NCBI RefSeq assembly: GCF_030684315.1
Contig: NC_081396.1
Span: 5,518,001 to 5,582,000, forward strand
From: Stegostoma tigrinum
Lineage: Eukaryota
Reading direction: 5' to 3'
Length of the DNA: 64,000 nucleotides
A program made the translations under genes and the position numbers. The notes beneath the pieces are model-generated. The model ran no database searches. It was not told the origin of the DNA and was given only the letters and a program-made list of their open reading frames with translations. Below are positions 51,001-63,502 of the stretch, in pieces; position 1 is the first letter of the stretch, and each line of letters starts with the position of its first letter.

Positions 51001-52228
51001 TAGGTCGTGCCTCACAAACCTTATGGAGTTCTTTGAGAAGGTGACCAAACAGGTAGATGAGAGTAAACCAGTTGATGTGGTGTATATGGATTTCAGCAAG
51101 GCGTTCGATAAGGTTCCCCACAGGAGGCTGTTGTACAAAATGCGGAGGAATGGAATTGTGGAAGATATAGCAGTTTGGATCGGAAGTTGGCTTGCTGAAA
51201 GAAGACAGAGGGTGGTAGTTTATGGGAAATGTTCATTCTGGAGACCAGTCACTCGTGGTGTACCGCAAGGGTCGGTGTTGGGTCCACTGCTGTTTGTCAT
51301 TTTTATAAATGACCTTTATGAGGGCATAGAAGGAGGGGTTAGTAAAATTGCAGACAACACTAAGGTCGGTGGAGTTGTGGATAGTAACGAAGGATGCTGT
51401 AGGTTGCAGAGAGACATAGATAAGCTGCAGAGCTGGGCTGAGAGGTGGCAAATGGAGTTTATTGCAGACAAGTGTGAGTTGATGCACTTTGGTAGGAGTA
51501 ACCAGAAGGCAAAGCACGGGTCTAATGGTGAGATTCTTAGTCGATGAGCAGAGAGATCTCGGTGTCCATGAGCACAGATCCTTGAAAGTTGCCACCCAGG
51601 TTGACAGGCCTGTTAAGAAGGCATCAGTGTTTTAGCTTTTATTAATAGAGGGATCGAGTTCGGGGGCCAAGAGGTTATGGTGAAGCTGTACAAAACTCTG
51701 GTGCGGCCGCAGTTGGAGTATTGCATACAGTTCTGGTCACCACATTATAAGAAGGATGTGGAAGCTTTGGAAAGGGTGCAGAGAAAATTTACGAGGATGT
51801 TGCCTGGTACGGAGGGAAGGTCTTACGAGGAAATGTTGAGGGACTTGAGGCTGTTCTCATCAGACAGAAGAAGGTTGAGAGGTGTCTTCATTGAAACAAA
51901 TAAAATAACCAGAGGATTAGATAGGGTGAATAAGGAGAGCCTTTTTCCTGGGATGGTGACAGCGAGCATGAGGGAGCATAGCTTTAAATTGAGGGGTGAA
52001 AGATATAGGACAGATGTCAGAGGTAGTTTCTTTACTCAGAGAGTAGTAAGGGAATGGAACGCTTTTCCTGCAACGGTAGTAATTTCGCCAACTTTAGGTC
52101 CATTTAAGTCGTCATTGGACAAGCATATGGACGTACATGGAATAGTGTAGGTTAGGTAGGCTTGAGATCGGTATGACAGGTCGGCACAACATCGAGGGCC
52201 GAAGGGCCTGTACTGTGCTGTAATGTTC
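48010..52228 (+). mobile_element. Near full-length CR1 LINE: ORF1 (Zn-finger, coiled coil, SGNH esterase; ~48331-49270) and ORF2 (APE endonuclease + RT; ~49390-52150), disrupted
   Basis: ORF1 has CSYC...CICRKC, VIGDS, IGTND and DGLH. ORF2 has FNARS, SETW, FYRPP, SDHN, NYRPVSL, QHGF, DFSKAFD and GVPQGSVLGP. Several stops and frameshifts, and the catalytic FADD is changed to IADN. Confidence 0.95.
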
Positions 52229-55017
52229 CAAAACAGAAGTTGCTGGTAACGCTAAGCACGTCTGGCAATATCTGTGAAGAAAACTCAGAGTTAAAGTTTT
52301 GTGTCCAGTGTGTTCTGCGGAAGGGTCGATGGACCCGAATGTTAACTCTGACTTTTGTTCACACATTCTGTCCGATCTGCTGAGGGTTTCTCTCTGTTTT
52401 CTGTCTCCAATGCTGCAAAAACCGTCTGAATTTCTCCAGTGGTTTCATGTTTTGATTCACATTCCCATTTCCACGTGTTGAAGCAGCCTATGACCAAGTT
52501 GTCAAGATGGCAACTTGAGACTATTTTTAGCGAACACACGTTGGCCAAAAATGCCTGACAAGTACACACAACGGATGTTCACAGCTGGACTTGTGGCCTC
52601 CATATGCATATATCGGATAAGATGAGGTCCGCCATCGGAGAAACATTAGGAAACTTCGTCTGGTTTCTGTAAATGGGCAGTTCTGAATATATAATAGAGG
52701 CAATTTTTTGTATGGCCTAGTTTAGTCACACTCACAAGTTCCTTATTCAGTAACAAGTAGAAAGAAAAGTCTGATCCTATAGTATTCTGAGCTGGTTAGG
52801 TCATTGTAGAATTAGAAAGGCAAACAGCAAAGTCCTGTGAAAGGTTCGTTTGGACCCCTTGAGCAAAATGTTTGTGAGCAAAAAAAGAGTCCCAACGCAT
52901 TACTAGGAAACATAAAGTAACAAAAGATGTAAACACTACTTCGAAAATTTTAAAAAATGGCACAGGAGAGGGCAGGAGAACGTTGTAAATAGAGAGATCA
53001 CGACCTCAGATTTACATTTGACTTCTTAGATCCCGACATCAAAGGAAACGCGACAAGGGCAGGTTAAAAAATGGAGGAATAAGATGAGATTGTCCTCTAG
53101 TTGTTTCTGGGATCTACACAGGTTTCAGTTAATGGTTTAGTAAAGTTGTAAAGTGGTTGATTTCCACTCTTATCAGTGGCATTCGGATGCTTTTTTTAAC
53201 ATTAAATAGGATAATTAGTAAGGGGAAGTGTTTAGTTTGGCAACAGTAAATATTTAGTTCAAAATCAAACTTTAGTTTTGAATCCACTCGTAACATGGAA
53301 ATAAAAAGGGTCGTAAACCACAGTTCCATGTCAGAAGGACTGTTAATTCATCTCTCAGATTTAATGAAGAGAGGGATTGTTCTCAATTTGTCAACTACCT
53401 CACAATAACTTTACCTGGGAGTTGATTTTAAACACTTCGGAGTAATTGTTTAAAGAAATTAATATCCTTTCTAATCTGCCATACAGAAATGAGTATTTAA
53501 TTTGGAAGAGTTCCAAGATTTCCTTTTTTAAAAAAGGCAACAATTTAGGCAATTGGTAAATAATGCTGTGAAGCCTGAAAATGTTGCAGAAGGAGTAAAG
53601 CTGTCAGAAGCATCCCAGTAACATGATGGAGATGTCTGGATTTAGTAAACAATGAAATCACTATTACATGTAATTATTGCAACGCAAAGGTTATGAAATG
53701 TCATATGTTGCTGTAGAATTGAAAACGTATTTCTTTTTTTCAATCTGAGCTGTTATTACGACAGCAGCTGTGGCCCAGGAAAAAAACCAGATTCGTAATT
53801 GTCTCTGGTCTCTTCCATATTTGTGGTAATGCAGCTCAGAATATAGATCTATTAGGCTAAAGAACACGGGATTTAAGACGCCTCTTTGATATTTCTCCCG
53901 ACAGCAGTATTTCCACAAACAGAGACAGTAATATTCAGGGTGCTGGATTGAGAAAAAAGAATGTCCTGGTATTTTAACAGTACTTTCATCACCGCCTGAA
54001 TCCAAAACTCCTGAGACCGAAGATCGTACTTTCCCAGCAGATTCGGATTGAGCACCCATAATTACCAATATGCCTCCCTCCACAAAATTGCTCCGACATG
54101 CAGAAGTTTCCCAGGATTTTCTGTTTGGAAATTACAGTGACAATTGTTTGGTCAATTCGCTGCTGTCCTGGGGTTTTGACATTGATTTCTGAATGCAGTG
54201 GTTAGAACAGTTGTATTAAACATGAAATTTCCCAGTTTGGTACTACGTGGTTCCCTCTGCTTAAATTGTTCTGTGAAATTATAACCTACCCATAAATTCC
54301 CTGTCCTCCTATGGAGGCTCCCAAGAAAACTCCCCAAAAAAAAGCATAATTGGAATAAATAGTGGGTAACAGAGAGAAAAGTTGAGTTGAAGATATCTCA
54401 GAAGATGTGTCTGAGTGGGTGGGTTGGTGTAACAGGGAGAGAGAAAAAGCGAATGGTTTCAGATAGACTCCAGGAGAAAGATGTACTGTGATGAGCTGTC
54501 AAGATTGCTCTGCTTGTGTAAATGTTGTGCATGCGTAAATATATAATCATGTCACATCTGAGGAAGTATACATTTCCAAAGTACAAATCGATATTTCATG
54601 ACGAATGTGGGAACAGTACTGGTTTAAAGGAGAGTGGTCACAGTGTGGCATAAAACTTGGGTTACAAAGCGGACAGATAGTATCCTTAAATCATTGGATG
54701 ATGGGAATGAAGTTGAAATGCAATGCGTCACCTGTTCGTAGTTTTATAACAGGAAGGGCAACATTGAGCAGTAACCTGTGAACTGCAATCTGAGACGAGA
54801 ATTTGCACCTTGCAATTACTTGTGCCGACCACTAGAGTGTAGTATGAATCTTTTGTAAATATTGAAAGTGAAAGTCAGAGAAGGAATGACCTTCCAGAGG
54901 TCCAGACAGTTAAAAAAGAGTTGTCAGTGTGAGACACTTATTACGGAAACACACGCTGGGCCATATCGTCTTCTGTAACTTCAGTAAGAAGTTAGAAGTG
55001 AACAGAGCTTTGTTCTA

Positions 55018-56856
55018 GTGATAATGGGAACTGCAGGTGCTGGAGAATCCAAGATAATAAAATGTGAGGCTGGATGAACACAGCAGGCCCAGCAGCATCT
55101 CAGGAGCACAAAAGCTGTCGGTTCGGCCCTAGACCCTTCATCAGAGAGGGGGATGGGGAGAGGGTTCTGGAATAAATAGGGAGAGAGGGGGAGGCGGACC
55201 GAAGAAGGAGAGAAAAGACGAGAGGGGGAGAGGAGAGTAGAGGTGGGGAGGTAGGGAGGGGATAGGTCAGTCCAAGGAAGACGGACAGGTCAAGGAGGTG
55301 GGATGAGGTTAGTGGGTAGGAGATGGAGGTGCGGCTTGAGGTGGGAGGAAGGGACGGGTGAGAGGAAGAACAGTTTAGGGAGGCAGAGACAGGCTGGACT
55401 GGTTTTGGGATGCAGTCGGGGGAGGGGAAGAGCTGGGCTGGTTGTGTGGTGCAGTGGGGGAAGGGGACGAACTGGGCTGGTTTTGGGATGCGGTGGGGGA
55501 AGGGGAGATTTTGAAGCTGGTGAAGTCCACATTGATACTATTGGACTGCAGGGTTCCCAAGCGGAATATGAGTTGCTGATCCTGCAACCTTCGGGTGGCA
55601 TCATTGTGGCACTGCAGGAGGCCCATGATGGACATGTCATCTAAAGAATGGGAGGGGGAGTGGAAATGGTTCGCGAATGGGAGGTGCAGTTGTTTATTGC
55701 AAACCGAGCGGAGGTGTTCCAGCAAAGCGGTCTCCAAGCCTCCACTTAGATTCCCCAATGTAGAGGAAGCCACACCGGGTACAATGGATACAGTAGACCA
55801 CATTGGCAGATGTGCTGGTGAACCTCTGCTTAAATGGAAAGTCATCTTGGGGCCTGGGATGGGGTGAGGGAGGAGGTGTGGGGGCAAGTGTAGCATTTCC
55901 TGCGGTTGCAGGGGAAAGTGCCGGGTGTTGTGGGGTTGGAGGGCAGTGTGGAGCGAACAAGGGAGCCACGGAGAGAGTGGTCTCTCCGGAAAGCAGGCAA
56001 GGGTGGGGATGGAAAAATGTCTTGGGTGGTGGGGTCGGATTGTAGATGGCGGAAGTGTCGGAGGATGATACGTTGTATCCAGAGGCTTTTGGGGTGGTGT
56101 GTGAGAACGAGGGGGATTCTCTTTGAGCGGTTGTGGCGGGGGCGGGGTGTGAGGGATGTGTTGCAGGAAATGCGGGAGACGTGGTCAAGGGCGTTCTCGA
56201 CCACTGTGGGCGGAAGGTTGCGGTCCTTGAAGAACTTGGACATCTGGGATGTGCGGGAGTGGAATCTGTCATTGTGGGAGCAGATGCGGCAGAGGTGGAG
56301 AATTGGGAATAGGGGATGTAATTCTTGCAGGATAGTGGGTATGAGGAAGTGTATTCTAGGTAGCTGTGGGAGTCGGTGGGCTTGAAATGGACATCAATTA
56401 CAAGCTGGTTGCCTGAGATGGAGTCTGAGAGGTCCAGGAAGGTGAGGGATGTGTTGGTGATGACCCAGGTGAACTTGAGGTTGGGGTGGAAGGTGTTGGT
56501 GAAGTGGATAAACTGTTCGAGCTCCTCTGGGGAGCAAGATGCGGTGCTGATACAGTCATCAATGTAACAGAGGAAGAGGTGGGGTTTGGGGCCTGCGTAG
56601 GTGCGGAGGAGGGACTGTTCCATGTAACCGACAAAGAGGCAGGAATAGCTGGGGCCCATGCGGGTGCCCATGGCCACCCACTTTGTCTGTAGGAAGTGGG
56701 AAGAATCAAAAGAGAAGTTGTTGAGGGTGAGGACGAGTTCGGCTAGGCGGATGAGGGCGTCGGTGGACGGGGCCTGGTCGGGCCTGCGGGAAAGGAAGAA
56801 GCGGAGGGCCTTGAGGCCATCTGCACATGGAATATAGGTGTATAGGGACTGGCTGC
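55018..56856 (-). mobile_element. Penelope-like retroelement, 5' truncated
   Basis: RT (AMGTRMGPSY, YIDD) and GIY-YIG (YIGESK) motifs. A 10-bp TSD ctttgttcta lies at 55008-55017 and 56857-56866, and the empty site is seen in the paralog at ~58490. Confidence 0.92.
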
Positions 56857-56958
56857 CTTTGTTCTATATGTTCATACTTATAAATATAATGCTTTCATCC
56901 AATTTCTCAACTGATATCAGCCACCAATTATTTTGCTGACATTCCTTGCACTCTGACA

Positions 56959-57110
56959 ATGCTCAGTATTTGCAGATTTCTCTTGCTGTTCTCCACTCTG
57001 ATCTTCATAGACATGGCTGCAGACGTCATCGTGATGCAACTTCCTCCGTTGATGGTTGTTAGTGAATTGGGAATGGTGTCCATGAAATGCTCCATGACTG
57101 CGACTACATT
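56959..57110 (+). pseudogene. 3'-truncated V pseudogene (copy of the 58592 V)
   Basis: MLSICRFLLLFSTLIFIDMAADVIVMQLPPLMVVSELGMVSMKCSMTATT, after which homology stops in CDR1. No RSS. Confidence 0.85.
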
Positions 57111-58318
57111 TTCTTTTTTTAAAAAGGCAGCAATTTAGGTAATTGGTAAATAATACTGTAAAGCTGTCAGAAGCATCCCAGACACATGATGGATGTGTCA
57201 GGATTTGGTAAACAATGAGATCTCTGTTACATGTAATTATTGCAACGCGAAGGTTATGAAATGTCATATGCTGCTGCGGAATTGAAAAGTTATTGATTTT
57301 TTTTCCAAACTGAGCTGTTATTACAACAGCAGCTGGGGCCCATGTAAAAACCAGAATCGTGATTGTCTCTTGCCCTTTCCATATTAGTGGTAATGCAGCT
57401 CAGAATATAGATCTATTAGGCTATAGAACACGGGATTAAAAAAGTGTCTTTGCTATTTCTCCTGAGAGCAGTATTTCCACGTGCAAAGAGATAAATAGAC
57501 AGTGTGCTGGATTGAGAAAAAAAGAATGTCCTTGTATTTTAACAGCACTTTCATCACCACCTGAATCCAAAACGCCTCAGACTCAAGATAGTACTTTGCA
57601 AGCAGATTCGGATTAAGCACCCATAAATAGCAATATGCCTCGGTCCACAAGCTTGCTCCGACATGCAGAGATTTCCCAGAATTTTCTGTTCAGGAATTAG
57701 AGAGAGAAATGCCTGGTCAATTCGCCGCTGTCCTGGGGAATTAACATTGATTTCAGAGTGCAGTGGCTAGAACGTTTGTATGAAACATGATATTTCCCAG
57801 ATTGGTCCTACGTGGTTCCCTCTGCTTAAATTGTTCTTGGAAATTATAACCTACTCATAAATTTCCTGTCCACCTGTGGAGACCCCCAAGAAATCTCTCA
57901 GGACAACGTTTTAAATTCCAAAATAAGACGACAGCGAACTTTCCTGCAGCACGTCCATATCCAGGAAAGACAATTCAGATACTTCAAGTGTGGAAAGGTA
58001 TGCATTCAGTTTTCCAAAGCATTAACACTCCAGTTTTAAAAGTTCAAAGGATTTCATCCACAATTCACACATCCTAATGAGCTTTGCTGTTCTGTGTATG
58101 GGAAAACTCATTTCTTCGCCCCAACAGAGAATTTAGTGTGTTCAAGGCAAACTGTAGATGATTTGTTCTGTCATTATACCCAGGACAGTCGAGGGCGAAT
58201 GGATGTAATCACAAATTAAGGGTTTGCCTTTAAGACTAAACTGTGCCGAAAGTTTATTTATCACTCCTTCTGATTCTTCTTCTTCTTCTTCTTCTCCTCC
58301 GCTCTCTACTTGTATACA

Positions 58319-58332
58319 CCACTAGAGGGTAG
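58319..58332 (+). promoter_or_regulatory. CTCF-like motif CCACTAGAGGGTAG
   Basis: One mismatch to the core consensus, ~270 bp upstream of the V ATG. The paralogous copy at 54829 carries a further mismatch. Confidence 0.4.
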
Positions 58333-58591
58333 TGTGAATCTGCGGTAAACATTGAAAGTGAGAGCTGGAGAAGGAATGACCTTGCAGATAGTTAAAAACA
58401 GTTGTCAGTGTGAAACATTTATTACAGAAACACACACTGTGTCATATCTTCTTCTGTAACTTCAACAAGAAGTTAGAAGTGAACAGAGATTTGTTCTAGA
58501 TATTCATTCTTAACAATTGATTACTTACATCCAGTTTCTCAACTGATACCTGCCACCAATTGTTTTCGCTGACTTTCCTTGCACCCAGGTA

Positions 58592-58928
58592 ATGTTCCGA
58601 ATTTGCAGAGTTCTCTCGCTGATCTCCACTCTGATCTCCTTAGGCGTGACTGCAGCAGTCGACGTTATGCAACTTCCTCCGTGGATGGTTGTTAGTGAAT
58701 TGGGAATGGTGTCCATGAACTGCTCCATTGCTGTTACTACATTGACCACTGTGCATTGGTACAGAAAGCTCCCAAATCAGACACCTGAGTATCTAGTGAT
58801 GGCCAGAAGAGAAGCCGTCCAGCTTACAAGGATAACCGCTTCAATCAGTGGAGACTACAAAACCAGTACACTGACTGTGAGAGAGACCAGGGTTAATGAC
58901 ACTGCCACCTACATTTGTGCCAGTGAGA
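58592..58928 (+). CDS. TCR alpha/delta-type V segment, leader and V in one exon
   Basis: MFRICRVLSLISTLISLGVTAAVDVMQ...MNCSI...VHWYRK...DTATYICASE, with canonical Cys, Trp and Cys. Confidence 0.88.
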
Positions 58929-58967
58929 CACAGTGTCACCAACAGTTGAAGGGTCCACACAAAAACC
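58929..58967 (+). other. Perfect consensus 23-RSS (CACAGTG-23-ACAAAAACC)
   Basis: Direct inspection. Confidence 0.97.
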
Positions 58968-60173
58968 TGCAGAGTGGCAGTTCTGTTATGTTACTTTTGA
59001 CATAACACTGTTACTAATTAAGGTTTGTAAAAACCGTGTTTGCGGGGAATGAGGGTAAAATACAACAGAAAATATGGAGAATCAAAATTTAAAGATGGTC
59101 AGAAGTGATTAAAATTGGAGATGCCAAAGAGATGTAGGATCGGTATATTTGCAAATGAGCAGCATTTGAGGAAGAAACAGAAAGTGGAGAAATACACTAT
59201 TACTACTTTCAGAGAACAGAATGTGAAAAACTATTCAAAGAGAAATGCATGAAAGTGAAAACCTACGGATTATGATGCACAGAAATTAAAGCTCTGTTCA
59301 AATCATAAATAAATGAAACATGAATAAAATATGAAAGCCTTTCCTTAACATGGTTCATATTTCCATCATAGTTAAAGGATTTAATCGTCAAAATAACGAT
59401 TCCTGAAAACTCATCTCCTGATAATGTCTCACCCATAAGTAGTTATTCGTGGTGCACATTGCCTGGCGATTCCGCCAGAGAATGCTGTAATCACCCACAA
59501 TTAAACAGTCTATATCAGCTTCTTGTAGTCTCTTTGAGTCATCCTCACGACTTGCCTTGCCACTTCTTTTTCTGTCGTTTGTAAACTTGGCCATACTACG
59601 TTCGCTTCGGTCAGAACATGAATGTATTGTGCATGTGTGTCTGCCCTCTGAACGCAGCAGTCCAAGCAGCATCAGAAGAGCACGAAAGCTGAAGTTTCAT
59701 TTCTCGACCCTGATTCAAGAAATTTTCCGAATCTTTTCATGTCTCTGAACAAAAACATTTTCAGCTTCGACCATCTCTGCTGACATTCACCGTGATCTCT
59801 TTGCAAGCATGTCGCCAAGAGTTCTGTGTTTATTCTTTCTGGTAGCAGGTTTTCCAACTGGTAAGTTCGGACCTAGTGGATCTTTATGCTTCAGGTGTTT
59901 GCGCAGATTGAATTTAAACGAACAGCTCAATGAATGTAGAGTGAAGAATGCATCCTCCCCGTATTGAAATAATAATCTGGACCCAGACTTGGCCCGACAC
60001 CTAGCACAATGTGAGAGAAGTTAGGAACATCCAAGAGTGAGAAATAGTGGATCAGTTCTGCTGGGAATCCAAACAGGAAGGAGGATATTGAAATGATTTA
60101 ACGGAGAGACAAGTTTTAAAAACCATAGGACTGTGCGCAGATTTTCCTTCAAGTCGCAGGAGATGAAATGGGA

Positions 60174-60210
60174 AGTGACTTCATTAGAAGGCGTGGCCTG
60201 TATATTAAAA
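60174..60210 (+). promoter_or_regulatory. Putative V promoter: CRE-like decamer AGTGACTTCA, GC-box-like GGCGTGG, TATA-like TATATTAAAA
   Basis: Clustered 110-145 bp upstream of the ATG at 60320. CRE-like decamers are known in TCR V promoters. Confidence 0.5.
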
Positions 60211-60319
60211 ACTCTTTATTTAAGCTATCAAAGCCTTTTCCCTTTACAGCCGTTGAGTTGCATCAATTGCATCCACATTTAATTTCATTGCTATATTTAG
60301 CAGTCTATTGTTCTCAGTG

Positions 60320-60690
60320 ATGGGCCAATTGTGGGCGATAAGAATATGTGTTTTGTGCAGTTTACTGTTACTGCCGACTCTTACTGGACAGTTGCGAGGA
60401 GATTCCATCTCGCAGACAACAGCTAATATCAAAGTGAATGAGGGAGATGATGTCCAATTGTTCTGTAATTACACCACAACAGACAGTAATCCTTATTTGT
60501 TCTGGTACCGTCAGAACCCCAGCGGATCCATGGAGTATCTGCTACAGAGAAGCAAATATATTGGGGACACCCAAGGATTTCCAGGGGCCCGACTGTCCTC
60601 GGAGTTTGATCATGTGAATCGTACTATCCTGCTGATTGTAATTCAGACAGAACTGATAGACTCCGCAGTGTATTATTGTGCTCTGAAACC
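60320..60690 (+). CDS. TCR alpha/delta-type V segment, leader and V in one exon
   Basis: MGQLWAIRICVLCSLLLLPTLTGQLRGDSISQ...LFCNYTTTDSNPYLFWYRQ...DSAVYYCALKP, with all canonical residues. Confidence 0.92.
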
Positions 60691-60729
60691 CACTGCAACT
60701 CCGAACTGGGCAGACCCTGTACAAAAACT
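60691..60729 (+). other. 23-RSS (CACTGCA-23-ACAAAAACT)
   Basis: Exact 23-nt spacer directly after the V. Confidence 0.9.
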
Positions 60730-60789
60730 ATCAGAGCGACACTGAATGTGACAGTCGTCAGGCAAAAAATATATCAAGTTGCCGGGAAG

Positions 60790-61170
60790 GAATGGCAGGT
60801 TGGAAAGGGCAGAAAAGACAGGGAGAAATACAGACAGATGGAGAGAAAAAAAGAGAGACAAAGAGGCAGATGGGTGCAAAGAGAAAGAGGTAACCAGAGA
60901 GAGGGGGAGACAAAAAGAATGAGGGACAGGGGGAGAAACGGTATCCAAAAGGGGCTAAAGCAGAGGCAGCCAGTGGTAGACACAAACAAACAAAGAAAGA
61001 GAACAAGGGAGAGCGAGAAAAGGAGTGGCTGCCAGTGAGAAAAAGAAGGAATGAAAGGTAGATGGAAGGAGATGCAATGAGACAAAGAGGCAAAGACACA
61101 AAGAAAGAGAGAAAAGGGGACAGCAGAAGAGAGAAATAGGGAGTAAGACAGAGAGAAAAGGGAGAACGTC
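60790..61170. repeat. GA-rich purine low-complexity tract
   Basis: Direct inspection. Confidence 0.8.
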
Positions 61171-62210
61171 GATTGGAGACAAACAGAAGTTAAGTAAAGG
61201 CATGGAGTTAATATTCGACTTTGCATTGGGACTCAGCTCACTGGACGGTTTCTCATTCTCTTTCCCTCCTGTGAAGGACAGTCCCTGTTGCAGTGGGGTT
61301 TTGTTCAGTCTGGCTGTTTCAGGGAAGGAAGTGAACCTAATGAAACAACACTGCTGTTGAGATTCCAAGAATAGCCTCACATTCTCCCTCACACACACAC
61401 AGAGACAAACAAATGCCTCTGATTCATACCTCCTGGCATGTTCACGTGGCAAAAGAAACTATGCCTCCCGGGGCCTAGTTTAAAGCACCTCAAGCCTGGC
61501 ATCAAATCCGACTCTCTGCCCAGTGTCACCTCATTCAGGTATCTGTCAGCTCTCTCCACCTGCACGATACCGACCAGAGGTATGGAGAAAAGCAGGAGGG
61601 ATCTTCCTGCAGTTAGAGGTTGGAGGAAGGATGGAAGTATGAGAGAAAGCAAAAGCTGACTAGTTTCAGTGAGACTGCTACTGCCAGTCCCTACACTACT
61701 CCATCTTCGTAAACACCCACCACCACCATCACCCACACCACCACCATCACCAAACAACAGCAATACAGGTCGAAGTTGAATGAATTATTATTTTAACCTT
61801 GCCACTGCTGCAGCAATAAATATTATAAGTGCATATTAATTTGATGGTTAATTAATAGTGGAGAATCTACTTGGGATTTTCTTTGTGGTTTTTACGGAAA
61901 CTAGACAGTAATGTTCACCTATCTAGAGATAGAGGCATTGAGTGCGAAGTAAAAGAGTGACAAACCATGGCAAAAAAAGAAAACAGATAAGCTGGGAAAG
62001 AACTGCAAAGATGGGAGAGAGTCCTCAAGAAACGTTGATTGTTCAACAGCTGACCTCAGCTTGGAGACATCAGCCAGTCACAGCATGAAGAATCTCCTGT
62101 CAATTTCTGTGAAAATAAAGCCCGTCTCTGATATGAGTTCAGTCGCTGGTAAAATACCAGAAGCGTCAATACATTTTAGGAATGTGTTGTTTATGATTGA
62201 ACCAAATAAA

Positions 62211-62683
62211 ATGTACTCCCCGGCTTTTTTACTGATAACAACTATTGTGCTATTCAGTGAGACTTAATCAAAATTATCATCCTGTGTTTCACTGATTACA
62301 TTTGGTTGCATATCTTTGACACATTCGTCTTATTTATTGCAGAAGAAAAATGGTCAAGATTCTTCTTTGCAGGACCCGCCTGAATGATTCGTTTAGAATG
62401 GACAGACCGATGTATTTAATTGCTGTTAAACATACAGTGTACCAAGTTCCTTCTGATACATCCAGTGCTCCAGGAAAGCTCTGAAGTATTTACTGAGGAA
62501 AATCGACTAGGAACATGTTGATAAGTCTCCTCACTTCTCAGATCGGTATTCCACTAATTTGAATGAAGAAGAGAAAATGGTTCTTGCAAAAGTCAACTGC
62601 ACTCTTGGATCTGACTCTACCATTCATTACTGTGCATTCAGCTCCACATGGATTTAGAGGAGTAATCCGCCTTTACAAAAATC
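62211..62683 (+). pseudogene. TCR V pseudogene (leader 62211-62256, V exon ~62343-62644, RSS CACATGG-23-ACAAAAATC at 62645-62683)
   Basis: Leader MYSPAFLLITTIVLF with a GT donor. V reads QDSSLQDPPE*...FNCC*...F*YIQ...ALKYLLR...DSTIHYCAFS with multiple stops. Confidence 0.85.
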
Positions 62684-63502
62684 CACAGGATTCTCCCACC
62701 TCCGTTCCTTGAAGCAGGTGTGTGATGTATGTTGTTCATTGGTGCCATCATCAAAAACTGACAGAAGTAGGGTATTCATTCTCTCGTGTCTCCTCCACCA
62801 TATAATTTGACTGATCCTCCATCCTACTGCCATATTCCCAATTTCCCTTCTCAGCTTTTGATATTTTTAACATCCACAAATATGAATCTCGGTGTTGAAA
62901 TTACTCAATGACCTGGCCTCAACTGTGCAAAGACTAGATTGTCAAAATAATTTAATTCCGGGTTTTCGAATATGTCTCATTCTGAATGAAATATTCTCCC
63001 TCTGATTATTGTTCATAATCACTGTGCAGATATTTTCTGTGTCATCCCTCACAGCAACTAATCAGAGGTCAACCTTGTTCAAGAGCCAAAGCTGAATTTA
63101 TAAGTTTGTGTACCATGGAAGCCCTTGCACTGTTCTTCATTTTACTTCACACTGATCGAGAACAAAAGGGATTTGTGAATAATGCAGGAAGTTGGATGTG
63201 ATGCATTTCATCAATGGTATCATTGAATACAGCGGCAGGTTTGAAGTGTTAGGTGGTTTCCTCCAGCTCTAGTTCTGTGTTCTTGTGTACGTATCTCTGA
63301 CGTAACCGTCTGGAGAACAAATAGGTTGTGAGCAGGTTGGGTTTTTACGAGCGACCACTAGGAATAAATTAATCAGCAGTGATGTTAGATAAGACTCAAC
63401 ATCAGCTGAAATAACTCAGCTTCACTCTTTCTGTGGAAACACGCTTCAGCTCTCAGCTGAAACAATACAGTTTGGTTCAAATCCATTATCCATTCTAAAA
63501 AC

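Larger units (their letters stand above)
53520..58745 (+). repeat. Local tandem duplication of a V upstream region
   Basis: 53520-54340 matches 57110-57900, 54825-55017 matches 58315-58498, and 56860-57110 matches 58490-58745. Confidence 0.85.
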
